A stretch of 64,000 nucleotides of DNA from Eledone cirrhosa (GCA_964016885.1 OZ024741.1:320230001-320294000); one strand, 5' to 3'; counted from the first letter of the stretch, positions 40,301 to 53,918 are shown. Notes: a model not told the origin generated them from the sequence alone. Made by a program: numbers and translations.

Positions 40301-42727
40301 TTTGTGATCTGTATAGCCAACCGTGAGCATTTCTGGACAGCTTAATATGTCCCTATCCTTACTTCTAACTAAGAATCTATCTAAGTACGATCTAGATTGA
40401 CCACTGTGGTTCGCCCAAGTCCAGGTTGGCACAGTTAGAAAATCTAGTCGATATCTATCGACCAAGTTAAAACGGTCGAGTAACCCCTTGAGGCTGTTAC
40501 ACCCCCCTCTATTAGGACATGCTCCTGCATAGTCCCAACGTGCATCTAGGATGTCATTCCAGTCCCCCGCTAGAAGCAGGGAACGCGACGTTCCCAGAAA
40601 AGTCTCCAGACGCTGGAAGAAGTCGGGTCGTTCAGCTCCGAAAGGGGAGTAGACGGCGACCAGTCTCAAGGCCGCACCTCCACTACTGCCAACGTCTAGC
40701 ACCAACAAACGACCTTCCGGGTCCGAGTGAACAACCTGTACGGCGAGACCCAGGTGTTTTTCCAGCAGTACGACAACCCACCCCCACCTCCAGGTTGACA
40801 GAGAGATGCGTGCACCTCAAAGTCATCGAAGGTAGGGGCCAGCTGCCGCACGACGCTGATCCGAGTCTCACAGATAACGATTACATTTATACCACGTGAC
40901 CTGAGGTCATTTAGAAGCTTTGCTTGCTTCCAAGTTGAGCCCAGGCCACGTGCATTCAAACATCCTACTCTTAACACATCCATGTGGGCGGCAAAGCCAA
41001 AGGAGAGTGTAGAGACCTACCTTTCTGCTTCCCGGGGTTCGGGTCGCACGATTTCCATGGGGTCGGGGGTGTTGGGTGAAGGGGTGTCTTGTGGTGGTGT
41101 GGGGTCGTCAGTGTGTGGTGGGGTTGGGGTGTTTGGAGTTGTGTTGGGGAGGGGAAGGGGAGGGGGAAAGCTTTTTAGGAGAACGCGGTTTATGGGTTTG
41201 ACAGAGGGTGGTCCTACGTCCTCCTTAAAATCCTTTTTTAGTTTTTGGTAGAGGTTCATTGGGACCTTTATTAATTTTAATTGTGGGTTGTTTTCTGAAA
41301 AAACAAAGTTTACCCCTTCGGTTTGTACCGAAGGGTTATTGTTTATGAGTTCATTTAATTTATTATTGTTTCTGTTGATGTAAGTATAGTGTAATGTCAT
41401 TTTTTCGGATGGTGTGAGTGTTTCGAAGAGGGGAGGGGCAGGTTTGGTTTTGTTTGTTGCTGGAGGGGTGTTTTGTGTTTTGTTGGATTGTGTTGACATT
41501 TGGGTAGGGGCTGTTTGGCCTTGTGTGTTTTGCACATGTTTTCTTTTTTTCCTTTTAATCTGTCTGAAGGACTCCGTTTCTTCCTCCGAATTCTGTCGAG
41601 TATTTGGGCAATGCGTTCAGGCTTCATTTGCACTACAAGTTCTATACCTGTTCCACTGAACGCATTGCCTGTGGTTTTCCCAATGGAAATCACGTTGTCA
41701 TTCGCTGGATCGATGAAGCCAGCTATGAGCCAGCAGTAGTCCATACCTGGCATCATCGCGTCCAGCCATATGCGCTGATATCTTTTACCCATATAAGATG
41801 AATAAAAGGTAAAATTTGTCGAACGAATCGGCGACAAAGCATATTTTTTCGTCGCCGATTCGTTCTTCATAATAATGGCCAGGCTTCCATACAGCCTGTC
41901 TCTTCTTATGAAAGTGGCTTCATTAAATACTTCTCTAAGTACCGCTTTAATTTCTACTCGTGTTGGTTGTTGTGGCATTTTTGAGATGTTGTTGATGGTG
42001 CGGAAAACGACCGTCCGACTTTCAATATCTTTGGTGAGTTCTTGGGGCATTTTTACCGACAAGGCTCCATTTTCCCTTTGAGTTATGAATTGTTTGGCGT
42101 TTTTTATTCTTTGTGCCACATCTGAAATATTTTCAGGTATGTACGTTAAAGATTTTTTTGTTGTTTGCGCAAATGAGATGTTATTGGTGTTGACTTTGTC
42201 GTCTGTTTTGCTTTCTGTTATGATGTTGTTGTTTTCAAATGTTATTTTTGTGTTTGTTGTTTCTTTGTTTGTGGTATTAATATTGTCATGCAATTCTTTC
42301 AAAATTTTTTTGTTGTTGGAATCAATCTGCAGATTTGTGTTTTTGTCGACATTTTTCTCCGCACATTCGTCTGTTTTTATTTTATTTTTTCTTTCCTTCT
42401 CTATGACGTTAGTTGGGAAGGAAGGGGGGGACTAAAGCGTGCGAGCTTACAACTCTTACCGCTGTCCCCCCACCACTATTTTTGTTAGCTTCATTTAACA
42501 TTTCTTCCAGACGATTGAAATTTTATGCAAGAAAATTTTTTTAAAACAGGTTTTCACCCCTGGGAGGGGCGAAAATGAGCTGACCCACCACCTGACAGTT
42601 CAGACGGGGAGTCAAGCTACACAATAGTATCAACATTAAAATTAAACTTACAAAATTTCCGCAATAAATTGGAACAAAACTTCTGCGCGAAGTGAATTAC
42701 GTCTACGCTATCGAACAGACGACAGCT
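37335..42727 (-). mobile_element. Tx1-clade copy 4, near full length, disrupted
   Basis: 5' UTR; ORF1 (~42450-41017; the zinc knuckle seen in copy 6 is missing); ORF2 from 40983 (MDVLRVGCLNARGL, GDWN, YLDRF, TDHKL, AYADD, CPRC..HALVHC) with frameshifts. Confidence 0.93.
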
Positions 42728-42736
42728 AGGATAAAT

Positions 42737-42821
<85 letters not shown>

Positions 42822-42822
<1 letters not shown>

Positions 42823-43005
42823 TTCTATTTATTTGCCACGAGGGCACAAAAGAAGGGGACAAATACACAGGGGGGAGTTTACATAAATGCGAGTAAAGAA
42901 AAAAAGGAATAACAATAAAAATAATATAATAATAAAAAGTCCTCAAAAGGGAGGGGCGTGTTGGGGATCGCACATACCCCCGGAAAGTGTGCAAAAGACT
43001 TTTGA

Positions 43006-43008
<3 letters not shown>
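42822..43008 (-). mobile_element. Tx1-clade copy 5 (3' UTR only, resembling copy 4)
   Basis: Matches 37335-37500; GATA repeats on both sides. Confidence 0.88.
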
Positions 43009-43066
<58 letters not shown>

Positions 43067-43067
<1 letters not shown>

Positions 43068-46000
43068 TTCTTTATTAGCCACAAGGGCACACAAGAAAAG
43101 GGGACAATAGAAAGACATGCCGGGGATTTTACATACAGTCGTGTAAAAAATATAAAAACAAACAATTACAACAATCGAAATCCCCAATAGGGGGTAGGCG
43201 CCACAAATGGGTTGTTTAATACCCCGTCGATAGAACAACCCTCAACTCCAGGAGCGTGTTGTGCAAGTGCTCCTTTCTTCCTGTTGCTCTCTTCTTCAAC
43301 CTACAGGCTTATAAACAGAGAAGGCCCAATCACTCGGGCGATTTTCGCTTCATTCACCCACCTCTCAGTAAATTTACTGGGGTGCAGTGCCTCTCTCTCC
43401 ACACTGATTCTCCTGCTAAAGTGATACTTAAAGAAGGGAATCAATTGTTGTCCGGAGAGAAAGGCATCTGTTCTTAGTCCTCTCAATCTCGTCCACCATA
43501 GCCACCGTACAGAGGAAAACCGCCTCTCTTTCGCTTTTGAAAGAGGCTGGCGGTTTGATCCGTACTATGAACTCGGCAGTCAACTGGATTTGTCCCATAC
43601 GCGACAGCAGTTGTTCTGCATAGTTCCACAGGTCGGTTACGCCCGGACAGTGTACAATTGCGTGCATCTTGGACATGTCCTCTTGGAAGGATCCCTGCCG
43701 GGGCGTCCGTGCCTGTAGATCTTGTCACGACCGGTAGAGCTCCTCGGTAGCACTGCCAGACCAGGGACCTCTGGAAGTTGTTCATAGGTCCCGGGCGGAA
43801 AGTCCTACCAAACAGACTGGTGAGCTCATCGTCTTCGACGCCCAGAGTCTCTCTGTGCACGTCGTCGCTCTTGTAACGTACAATCCCTCTATAGAATGTC
43901 GAAGTGGAGTCTCCACTGATTGCTGCGCCCGCTTGCCAGAGGACTGTGAGCGCCTGGAGCGCATACAATGTGCCAGGCGCCCATCGTTTTCGGTCTTTTC
44001 TTGACCCAGGACTGCAGCTCCGTCAGCGAGATGAGCTGTGGGAAAGCCTGTCTCACAAACGGTTCCCGCACCGGTTGGGGGTCGGTGAGGAATACCTGGA
44101 GATGCCGCAGCCTCAGCGCATGTTTGCGCATCATCAGCCACGGCATTCCCAGCCCTTCGTTGGAAGGGTGCTGACAGCAGACGGATCTCCTCACCAGCGG
44201 AGCCTGCTTCTTCCACAGAAACTGGAAGAGCATGCGTTCCATCTTGGCGAGGTGTTCACGGGGACAAGGCACGACAATCAAGCGGTAGTAGATGACGGAC
44301 GCTATGAAAGTGTTCGCCACCTCCGCTCGACCTTTCAAGGACAGTTTGCACTCTGCCCACTTCTGGGTGAGTGCAAACACCTTGGCCGTGATCTCGTTCC
44401 AGTTTTTTTCCACCTGGAGGTCTGGACCGAACCAGACCCCGAGCAATTTCACCGGTCCGTCCGTCCAACGCCCAATGACGCTGTCGGACGTCATCGGTTT
44501 GCCTCTCCACGTACCGAGTTGCAAACCGACAGACTTGTCCGGGTTTAGTTTTGCTCCCGTCAGCGTTTCGTATTCTTTCAGTAAGTTGCCGATCACCCCG
44601 ATTTCCGAGGTGCTCGACACCATGACCGTCACGTCGTCGGCATAAGCCGACGCTGCTTTGCGCAGTCCCGGTTCTAAAAGCTCCAATTTCCGCAGTAGTG
44701 GCTCTCGAGTCAATACATACAGAACGGAGGAGAGAGGGCATCCCTGGCGAATGGAACGCGTGATTGAAAACGGCTCCGATAGGTAGCCGTTCACCTTGAC
44801 CCTCGAGCAGATGCTGGTGTGCATCGTCTCGATCCATCCTCTGAACACGGGACCGCAACCGGCCGCCTTGAGAACCGCTTCCAAGTATCGATGGTCGACC
44901 CTATCGAATGCCTTAGACTAATCCAAGTTAGATCAGAGCCCCACCGAAGCCAGGTTTACTACTCACCCTCTCTATAATGTATCGCATGAGGTGGAGGTTG
45001 TCGTGTATGGACCTGGTCGGAATTGCACACGTTTGCGCTTTCCCTACCAGGTTCTCGACGACAAGCGCCAACCTCGTCACTAGCACCTTGGCCAAAATCT
45101 TTAACTCTGTGTTGAGCAGCGTTATGGGCCTGAAGTTGTTAATTTCGTCCCCCTTGTTCTCGTCTTTCCTGATCAGCGTTACTACGCCCTTGCCTGCAGA
45201 ACTGGGAATTCTCCCGTTCTGCTGCCAATTGCAGTAGACGGCTTTGAGGACGCCAGAGAACAAGTCCGGCATGCCTATGTAAAACTCGTTGGGTAGACCA
45301 TCTAGACCGGGTGACTTGCGTTTCCCGCAGCGGCCCAGAGCGTCCTGTATCTCAGTGTCCGTGATCGGTCTTTCGCAGAACTCGGCGTCCGTGTTCGAGA
45401 GACGCGGGAGGCCGTCGAGATATGAACTAAAGTCCATTACCTCGTTCGGCTCACCGTCGTTCTGTTCAAACAGTCGCGCAAAGTGCCGCTGAAAGGCCGC
45501 GCACATTTGCTTGGGGTCAAGTAGCACGCGTCCGTTTTGGTCTTTCAAAGACCGAATCGTGGACTTGTTGCCACTTTTAGCCTCCGCCCCTCGGGCCCAG
45601 CTGACAGCTTTCGCTCTTTCGTTTCTTAGAGCACGTGTTTTGCTTCTGACCACGCAGCCTTCGTGTTTCGCATCGAAGAACTGGTCCAGTGCCGTTCTCG
45701 ACGCTAACTCTCTAGCCGCGTTGCCACTTCTAAGTGCCTCCTCTACCTTGGCTACTAGTTCTCTTTCTATTCTGTTTTTCTCCAAGGCTAACTCTCTGCT
45801 ATACCCTATCGATTCTATTCTGATTGCTTTCTTGAGAGAGTACCACCATCTATTGTTAACGATGGCTCCCGTTAACTGTCTCTTGACTAGTCTACTTATC
45901 CGTTCACTGTAAGCTTTACGTGCCGGCAACGACACGTTCAGCTTCCAGTATCCGGGTCCCTGTCTATGTATTCTATCACGGTTGACTAAGCAGACGACTA

Positions 46001-48842
46001 ACTTGTGATCTGAATAGGCAACCATGAGCATTCGTGGACAGCTCAACATCTCCTTGTCCCTTTCTCTAATGAAGAACCTATGTAAATACGATCTAGATGT
46101 CCCACTGCGGTTTGCCCACGTCCACTGTGGTGCAGTCGGGAAATCCAGTCGATACCTATCGGCCAGTTGGAATTGGCCGATTAAAGTTTTGAGGCTGTTG
46201 CACCCCGCTCTACTGGGACATGCTCCCACATAGTCCCATCGTGCATCTAGGATACCATTCCAGTCCCCCACTAAAAGTAAGGAGCGAGACGTTCCCAGAA
46301 AAGACTCTAGACGCTTAAAGAAGTCTGGCCGTGATTGCGATTGCCCGGTCGGGGCATAAACGGCCACCAGTCTGAAGGCTCCACCTCCAATACTGTTCAC
46401 GTCTAGGACTACCAGTCTACCCTTCGGGTCCAAGTGTACTTGCTGTACTTCGACGTCCAGGTTCTTCCGAAACATGACAGCCACTCCACCTCCACCTCCT
46501 GGCTGACAGAGAGATGCGTAGATCTCAAAGTCGTCGAAGATGGGTGTTAGTTGCTGCCTGTTGTGGATCCTGGACTCGGTGATGGCTATCACATCCATAC
46601 TGTGTGACCTAAGGTCGTTTAAAAGTTGGCTCTGTTTCCAGGGCATCCCTAAGCCACGCACATTCACAGTTCCAACTCGTAAACTAGTCATTTTGCTGAA
46701 GAAAATTTGGAGAAAAAGACGAAAGGTGCACTTTCCTTTTTGTTTCCTCGAGATCGGGTTGTTCAATCTCCATTTGGGTGCTGGATGGGGGTTGGGTGGG
46801 GTGGGGAAACATTTTAACAGGACGCGGTTGATGGATTTCTGGCAGGGGTTGCCCACGTCCTGTGAAAATTTATTTTTTAGGTCATTATAGGTTTCCATAG
46901 AAACCCTTATAAGTTTAAGGTGTGGAGACGATTCTGCCTTGACAAAAGTTTTGCCCTCCGTCTCCACCTTGGGGTTTTGGGAGATGACCTCCATCAAACT
47001 CTTCTTGTTTGTGTTGATGTATGCGTATTGTTGTTTGTGTTTTTGTTGTGTTGTTTTAGTTTGTTGTTCGTCCGGGAGTTTTCTTTTTATGGTGGGTGCA
47101 TGTGTTTGTGGTGGTGTTGGTGCTGGTTTTGCTGATAGGGGGATGTTTGACTGTGGTGTTGTTTGTGTTGTTGTTTGTGTCTGTGGTTGTGTGTTGGTGT
47201 TGGTGATTGGAGTTTTGGGGGTTTTGTGGTGTCTCTTTTTTTGTTTTTTAGATCCGCGGTTCTCCCTCTTCTTCACTAAAAGAAGGAGAAGCAGCTTCAT
47301 CCGTCGATAAATAATCATGTGTGTGGGGTAGGGGTATGTTGTGTGGTGGTGGTGTTTCGGTGTGTGTGTTTGTGGTAGTGTTTGATGGAGTGGGATGGAC
47401 TGGGGCTGTGTTCTTCAGGGGTGTTGTCTCTGTTTTTTCTGTTGTTGTTGGTTGAGTGTCTGTTTGTTTTGGTGTGGTTGCTCGTTTCGTCTGTCGTTGT
47501 ACTTGTGGTGGTGGTGGTTGTTTTGGTGTTGGTGTTGGTAATAGTTTTTTTTTAATGATGTTGTTGTTGTGTGTTTGTGGACAAGAGGCTTTTAGGTGTG
47601 CTGTGCTACCACAGCGAAAGCAATGAAATTTTCGTCCTTCTCCCGAAATGTTTATTTTGTTGTTATTATCGATGACGACACTTTCGGGTATTTTGGAGAT
47701 TCTCTCCGGTTTCATTTGCAACAGAATCTCCAAATCTGTACCCGCCCACCTTTGTCGAATAGATTTTCGTATCGAAAGAATCATATCAGTTTCTGGCTCT
47801 ACGAAGCCAGCCAAGATCCACCAGATGTTAATGTTTGGGGGTATGTTTTTTATTTTTATTTTTTGTGTTCTTTTCCCCATATATGTAGGGAAAAAGGTGT
47901 ATGCTTTTGACACCATTGGTGTCACAGAATGTTTTTGGGCGAGTGCATCGCTTTTAAACAGTACGGAAACTCTTTCGTACTGTTTTACTCGCTGGAGAAA
48001 ATCGACATTTGGTAGAATTTCCTTGAAAGTATCTTCTATATATGCTTGGCTAACAAATGTCGGCTTTCTTGTGGAATTTGACACAGTCCTAAAGGTGACT
48101 GATCTGCGAATTGTGTCTTCCTTTATTTCAAGGGGTGAGTTAATTCTAAACCCACCTCTTTCTTCGAAAGTTACACATTTTCTCCCTTGCTGGAGCATAT
48201 CTCTTGCGTTGGAGATATCAAGATATATAAAATCTTGTTTTTTGTTCACTGTTTCAGCGAAAGACGTTTTTTTTTTGTGTGGTGTTGCTGTTGTTGTTGT
48301 TTTTGTTATCGTTGTTAGTCTCGGTGTTGGAAATCTCAGTTCCTTGTCGAGGGGGAACATTATGTGTTGATGTATCTGTAGAGTTGTTGATATCTTTTTC
48401 ATGTGTATGTATGTTAATGGGTTTAATTCCTGTGTTTTCCTGTGTGTTATTGTTATTTTTCTCCGCTTCGACGGTAGAAATTTTAAAATCTTCAAGTGGT
48501 AATATTCTTTCCTCTTTGTTGACAGTCGTATCTATGGCGACGTCCATAGTAGCAGAAGCAGATATAACGTTAATATCTGCCCTTTCTCTCTCTTTTCTCT
48601 ATTAACATTCTCCAGCGTTCTTGTGTTGCTCAAGTTATTTAGTTTGTAAAATCTGATATTTTAAAACAATTTTTAAAGCAAAATTTTCGCCCCAACAGGG
48701 GCGAAAAATGTGATTACCACCCAGCTTACTTTTCAGTTTGGGGGTTAATCTACAAAATGTTATGTTTTTTCAAACAATTAGTTCGGTTTTTTTGTATAGA
48801 GATTAACAAAAAAGCTTACCGGCGATGTTCCACGCGTCAGAC

Positions 48843-48847
<5 letters not shown>
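43067..48847 (-). mobile_element. Tx1-clade copy 6, full length, disrupted
   Basis: ORF1 with zinc knuckle CFRCGSTAHLKASC; ORF2 from about 46690 (MTSLRVGTVNVRGL) with APE, RT and several frameshifts. Confidence 0.95.
47248..48547 (-). pseudogene. Tx1 ORF1 (nucleic-acid-binding protein, CX2CX4HX4C), frameshifted
   Basis: 415-aa ORF plus an overlapping upstream ORF; homologous to 41397-42302. Confidence 0.8.
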
Positions 48848-48877
<30 letters not shown>

Positions 48878-48878
48878 G

Positions 48879-48939
<61 letters not shown>

Positions 48940-48941
48940 TA

Positions 48942-51900
48942 TTTCTTTATTAGCCACAGGGGCACAAAAGAAGGGGACAAATACAAAGGGGGAAGTTTAC
49001 ATACAATAAAAACGTGTAAAATGTTATCACAGATGGAATTTAAAAGTTAGTCGATTTTCCCCAATAGAGGGTGACAGTTTATATGGGTAACACATACCCC
49101 CGAAAAAAATGTGCAACCCTCATCTCCAGGAGTACGAAGAGCTTGTACTCCTTTCCTCTCCTCCTCCTTTTCCTCAATCTACAGGCTGATATAGAGAGAA
49201 GGCCCATTCACTCGGGCCATTCTCGCCACTTTCACCCACCTTTCATAAAACTTGCTGGGGTACAGCACCTCTCTCTCCATCCTGATTCTTCTTCCAAAGT
49301 GGTATTTGAAAAAAAGAATCAGTTGTTGGCCGGAGAGAAAGGTGTCTGACCTCAGCCCTTTCAACCTTGTCCACCATACAACCTCTTTCGCCATAGCTAT
49401 CACACAAAGGAAAACCGCCTCTCCTTCGTTTTTGAAGGAGGGTGGCGGTTTGATCATGACAATGGACTCGGTGGTCAACTGGATTGGTCCCACCCGCGAC
49501 AATAGTCGTTCTACATATCCCCACAGGTCAGTGACGCCCGGGCAGTGTATGAATGCGTGCGCGACGGTTTCTTCGTCTCGCACGCACCTCGGACAGATCT
49601 TTTTTGCAGGGTCCCTGCCCGGGCGCCCATGTCTGTAGAGCTTGTCTCGAACTGGTAGAGCTCCTCGGTAGCACTGCCAGGCCAGGGACTTTTGGAAGTT
49701 GTCCATCTGTCCCGGGCGGAAGGTCCTACCGAACAGACTGGCCAGTTCATCTTCCTCCACGCCCAGAGTTTCACCGAGCGCGTCGTCGCACTTGCTGCGG
49801 ACCAACCCTCTATAGAATGACGAAGTGGAGTCTCCACTGATCGCCGGGTCCGCCTGCCAGAGGGCTGTGAGCGCCTGAGCACATTCGATGTGCCAGTCGC
49901 CCATTTTCCTCGGTCTCTGCTTGACCCAGGACTGCAGCTCGGTCAGTGAGACGAGTCGTGGGAAGGCTCGCCTCACGAACGGGGCCCACACCGGTTGTCC
50001 GGTGAGGAATACGTAGAGATGCCGCAGCCTGAGCGCGTGTTTGCGCATCGTCAACCACGGCATCCCCAGCCCTCCGTTAGAAGGGTGTTGGCAGCAGATG
50101 GATCTTCTTACCAAAGGAGCCCGCCTCTTCCAAAGGAATCGGAAGAGGGCGCGCTCCATTTTGGCGAGCGTTTTGGCTGGACAAGGCACGACGGTCAAGC
50201 GGTAGTAGATGGCGGACGCTATAAAAGTGTTCGCCACCTCCGCTCGACCTTTCAAGGATAGTTTGCACTCGGCCCACTTCTGGGTGAGTGCAAACACCTT
50301 GGCCGTCACTTCGTTCCAGTTCTTCTCCACCTGGAGGTCCGGACCAAACCAGACCCCGAGCAGCTTTACCGGTCCTTCCGTCCAGCGTCCGACGACGCCA
50401 TCGGAAGGCATCGGTCTGCCTCTCCACGATCCGAGTTGCAAACCGATGGACTTGTCCCGGTTCAGCTTCGCTCCTGTGAGACTTTCGTATTCCTTTAGTA
50501 AGGTGCCGACTTTCTCGATTTGCGAGGCGCTCGACACCATTACTGTCACGTCGTCGGCGTAGGCCGACGCCGCTTTCCGCAGTCCCGGTTCCAGAGGGAT
50601 GCCCTGAAATAGCTCCAGCTTCCGCAGTAGTGGCTCGAGAGTCAGTACGTACAGAAGGGAGGAGAGAGGGCATCCCTGTCGAATGGATCGCGTAATATGG
50701 AACGGCTCCGAGAGGTAACCGTTCACCTTGACCCTTGAGCAGATGTTGCTGTTGTGCATTGCAGCAATCCAGCCCCTGAACACGGGTCCGAAGCCTGCCG
50801 CCTCGAGCACCGCATCGAGGTAACGATGGTCAACCCTATCGAAAGCCTTAGACTGATCCAAGTTGATCAGTGCCCCACCGAAGCCGGGTTTACACCCTAC
50901 CCTCTCTATGATGTATCGCATGAGGTGGAGGTTGTCGTGTATGGACCTGGTCGGGATCGCGCATGTCTGCGCTTCTCCCACCAGGTTCTCGACGACAAGC
51001 GCCAGCCTCTTTGCCAACACCTTGGCCAAAATCTGTAACTCTGTGTTTAGCAGAGTTATGGGCCGGAAGTTGCCTATGTCATCCCCCTTATTCTCGTCCT
51101 TCCTGATTAGTGTGACCACGCCCCCGGTTACAGAATTGGGAATTCTCCCGTTCTGTTGCCAGTTGCAGTAGACCGCTTCCAGGAGACCGGAGAATAAGTC
51201 CGGCATTGCTACGTAAAATTCGTAGGGTAGACCGTCGAGACCTGGAGATTTGCGTTTGCCGCATTGGCTCAGCGCGTCCCCTATCTCAGTGGCTGAAATC
51301 GGCTTTTCGCAGAACTTCGCCTCGCTGTCCGAGAGTCGCGGTAGGCCGTCGAGGTATGGACCGAAATCCATAGCCTCTCCCGGCGCGCCGCTCCCCCCGA
51401 ACAGCCGAGCAAAGTGCCGCTGAAAAGCCGCACACATCTGCTTCGGCTCACGTATCACGCGTCCGTTTTGGTCCTTCAAAGACCGAATCGTGGACTTGTT
51501 GCCACTTTTTGCCTCCGTCACTCGGGCCCAGCTAACAGCTTTGGCTCCCTCGTTTCCCAGAGCACGTATTTTGCTTCTGACAACGCAGCCCTCGTGCTTT
51601 GCGTCGAAGAACTGGTCCAAGGCCGTTCTCGTTGCTAGCACGCTGGCTACGTTGCCACTTCTAATAGCCTCTTCTACTTTATCTACCAGTTCCTTCTCGG
51701 TTCTATTTCTATCTAACGCTAATTCTTTACTAAAAACTATCGAGTCTAATCTAACTGCCCTCTTGAGAGAGTACCACCATCTGTTGTTGACAATGGCCCC
51801 TGTCAAGTGCTGTTTAACTAAAGTGCTAATCCGTCTACTGTAGGCTTTGCTTGTCGGTAACGACAAGTTCAGCTTCCAGTAGCCGGGTCCTTGTCTATGG

Positions 51901-52120
51901 GTTCTATCAAGGTTGGCCATGCAGGTCACTAGTTTGTGATCTGAATAGGCAACCATGAACATTTGTGGACAGCTTAACATGTCCCTATCCTTATTTCTAA
52001 CTAGAACCCTATCTAGGTACGATCTAGATGTTCCGCTACGATTACTCCACGTCCACAGTGGCGCAGTCGGAAAATCTAGTCGATATCTATCGGCCAGGTC
52101 AAATCGGTCGATTAACTGTT
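48942..52120 (-). mobile_element. Tx1-clade copy 7, 5'-truncated, young
   Basis: Close relative of copy 1; GATA tracts at 48848-48941 and 52121-52147. Confidence 0.95.
49179..52120 (-). CDS. Uninterrupted Tx1 ORF2 frame (APE C-terminal half, RT, CCHC finger); true N-terminus missing
   Basis: The 1008-aa ORF begins with about 29 residues from flank/microsatellite; contains DQSKAFDRVDH, RQGCPLS, AYADDV, CPRC...HAFIHC. Confidence 0.85.
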
Positions 52121-52329
52121 TATAGATAGATAGATAGATAGATAGATTCAGGTTATATCGGCCAAAATCAGTGTTGATAACAAAGGAAATATGTACTACA
52201 TACAATCTTTAATGTATGGAGTGTATATATCTTTAAAACGGGCAAGTTTGTTTGTGGAAGAACAGATGTCATCCCATGCATACTAGCCCCCCCCCCCCCT
52301 CTTCAGGCCATCGTCGTTGTTCGAGCAAA

Positions 52330-52495
52330 AGGTAATGGTTGCTAGAGCTTGGCACCACTGACGTCGGAACTCATTTCTACAGGTGAGTAAATTAGAACAA
52401 CGTGAAATAAAGCGCTCAAGGCCACAACGCGTCACCCGGACCTAGAATCGAACTAAAAACCCAATTGCAAGCCCAATGCTGCATGCAACCACTAT
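52330..52495 (-). mobile_element. Family-2 SINE
   Basis: Homologous to 215-395. Confidence 0.6.
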
Positions 52496-52588
52496 ATAGA
52501 GTGTATATATATATATATATATATATGTATGTACATATATATATGTTTATATATAGGTACATATATGTATACATATATATTTTTGTAC

Positions 52589-52659
<71 letters not shown>

Positions 52660-52703
52660 TGCATAGATATGTATATATACATATGTATATATATATATGT
52701 ATA

Positions 52704-52755
52704 AGCTGTTGAAACGGCCGGAGCTCAGTCGTCGGGATCCTGATGCTTTTCCTAT
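52704..52755 (+). repeat. 3' half of a family-A HHR repeat between microsatellites
   Basis: GAAACGGCcggagctcaGTCGTCggga...cttttcctata. Confidence 0.6.
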
Positions 52756-52756
52756 A

Positions 52757-52864
<108 letters not shown>

Positions 52865-52974
52865 TATATAAAAGTGCACCATAATTTGCCTTAGTGGCCC
52901 TTGAAATATGTATAATAAAATAAATAAGGTTTTATAAATATAGTTTCCATTTGTTAATATATTGTATATATATG

Positions 52975-53823
52975 TATTGTTATGCTTTGGGAGGGTCATG
53001 TTGCCAATAAAAAACACACGCACCAGTAACTTTCACTTCAATTCATTATAAATTAAATTTATAAATTTAGGAATTTATAAATTAAATTTATAAATTTAGG
53101 AATTTATAAATTTCCGGTTGGTTGGTTGGTTCCACAACCAGACGATTGTTCATATATTGTCAAAGTTCTTTCGTCACACATTCTGGTACCTCTTCAGTGA
53201 CTGGGGATTCTTTTCTTTGTTTTTGTGCCTCTCCTTTGTTGTGTCCTACGCCATCTTGTTTTTGTTGTGTGTTTAGTTTGCGCAATGTTTAGACAAATCA
53301 CAGAGGCAATAAACATAAATGAACTCCAACCAAAATTAAATAGAAAACATGAATGGAATGGTAACATCACAACTTACAATTAAGGACAAAATGAAAATAC
53401 ACACACATAGAACAAACAACCAACCAGTAACATGTAAATAAACAAATAAATAAACAAATATAAACACACACAGACACCCGGATGTAACACATGCGCAAAC
53501 TAAGCACACAACAAAAACAAGATGGCGTAGGACAGAACAAAGGAGAGGCACAAAAACAAAGAAAAGAATCCCCAGTCACTGAAGAGGTCACAGAATGTGC
53601 GACGAAAGAAATTTGACAATATATGAACAATCGTCTGGTTGTGGAACAAACCAACCGGAAATTTATAAATTCCTAAATTTATAAATTTAATTTATAATAA
53701 ATTGAAGTGAAAGCAACTGGTGCGTGTGTTTCTTATTGGCAACATGACCCTCCCAAAGTATAACAATATTGGTTTCAACACACGTTTTCAGGTAAAGAAT
53801 CTTACTAAACAAATTGAGAAACG

Positions 53824-53825
<2 letters not shown>
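52975..53825. mobile_element. Family-B head-to-head inverted repeat (arms 52975-53284 and 53492-53768), one HHR per arm
   Basis: Arms of about 280-310 bp. HHRs gtca-CTGAAGA-stem II-GAAA-GAA(A/C)TT-tgac at 53575-53617 (plus) and 53159-53201 (minus). Confidence 0.85.
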
Positions 53826-53870
<45 letters not shown>

Positions 53871-53886
53871 TAGATAGATATATAAT

Positions 53887-53918
<32 letters not shown>

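Noticed and set aside
34250-51843. Plus-strand ORFs within the Tx1 array
   Set aside because: Antisense shadows of ORF1/ORF2 with no recognisable domains
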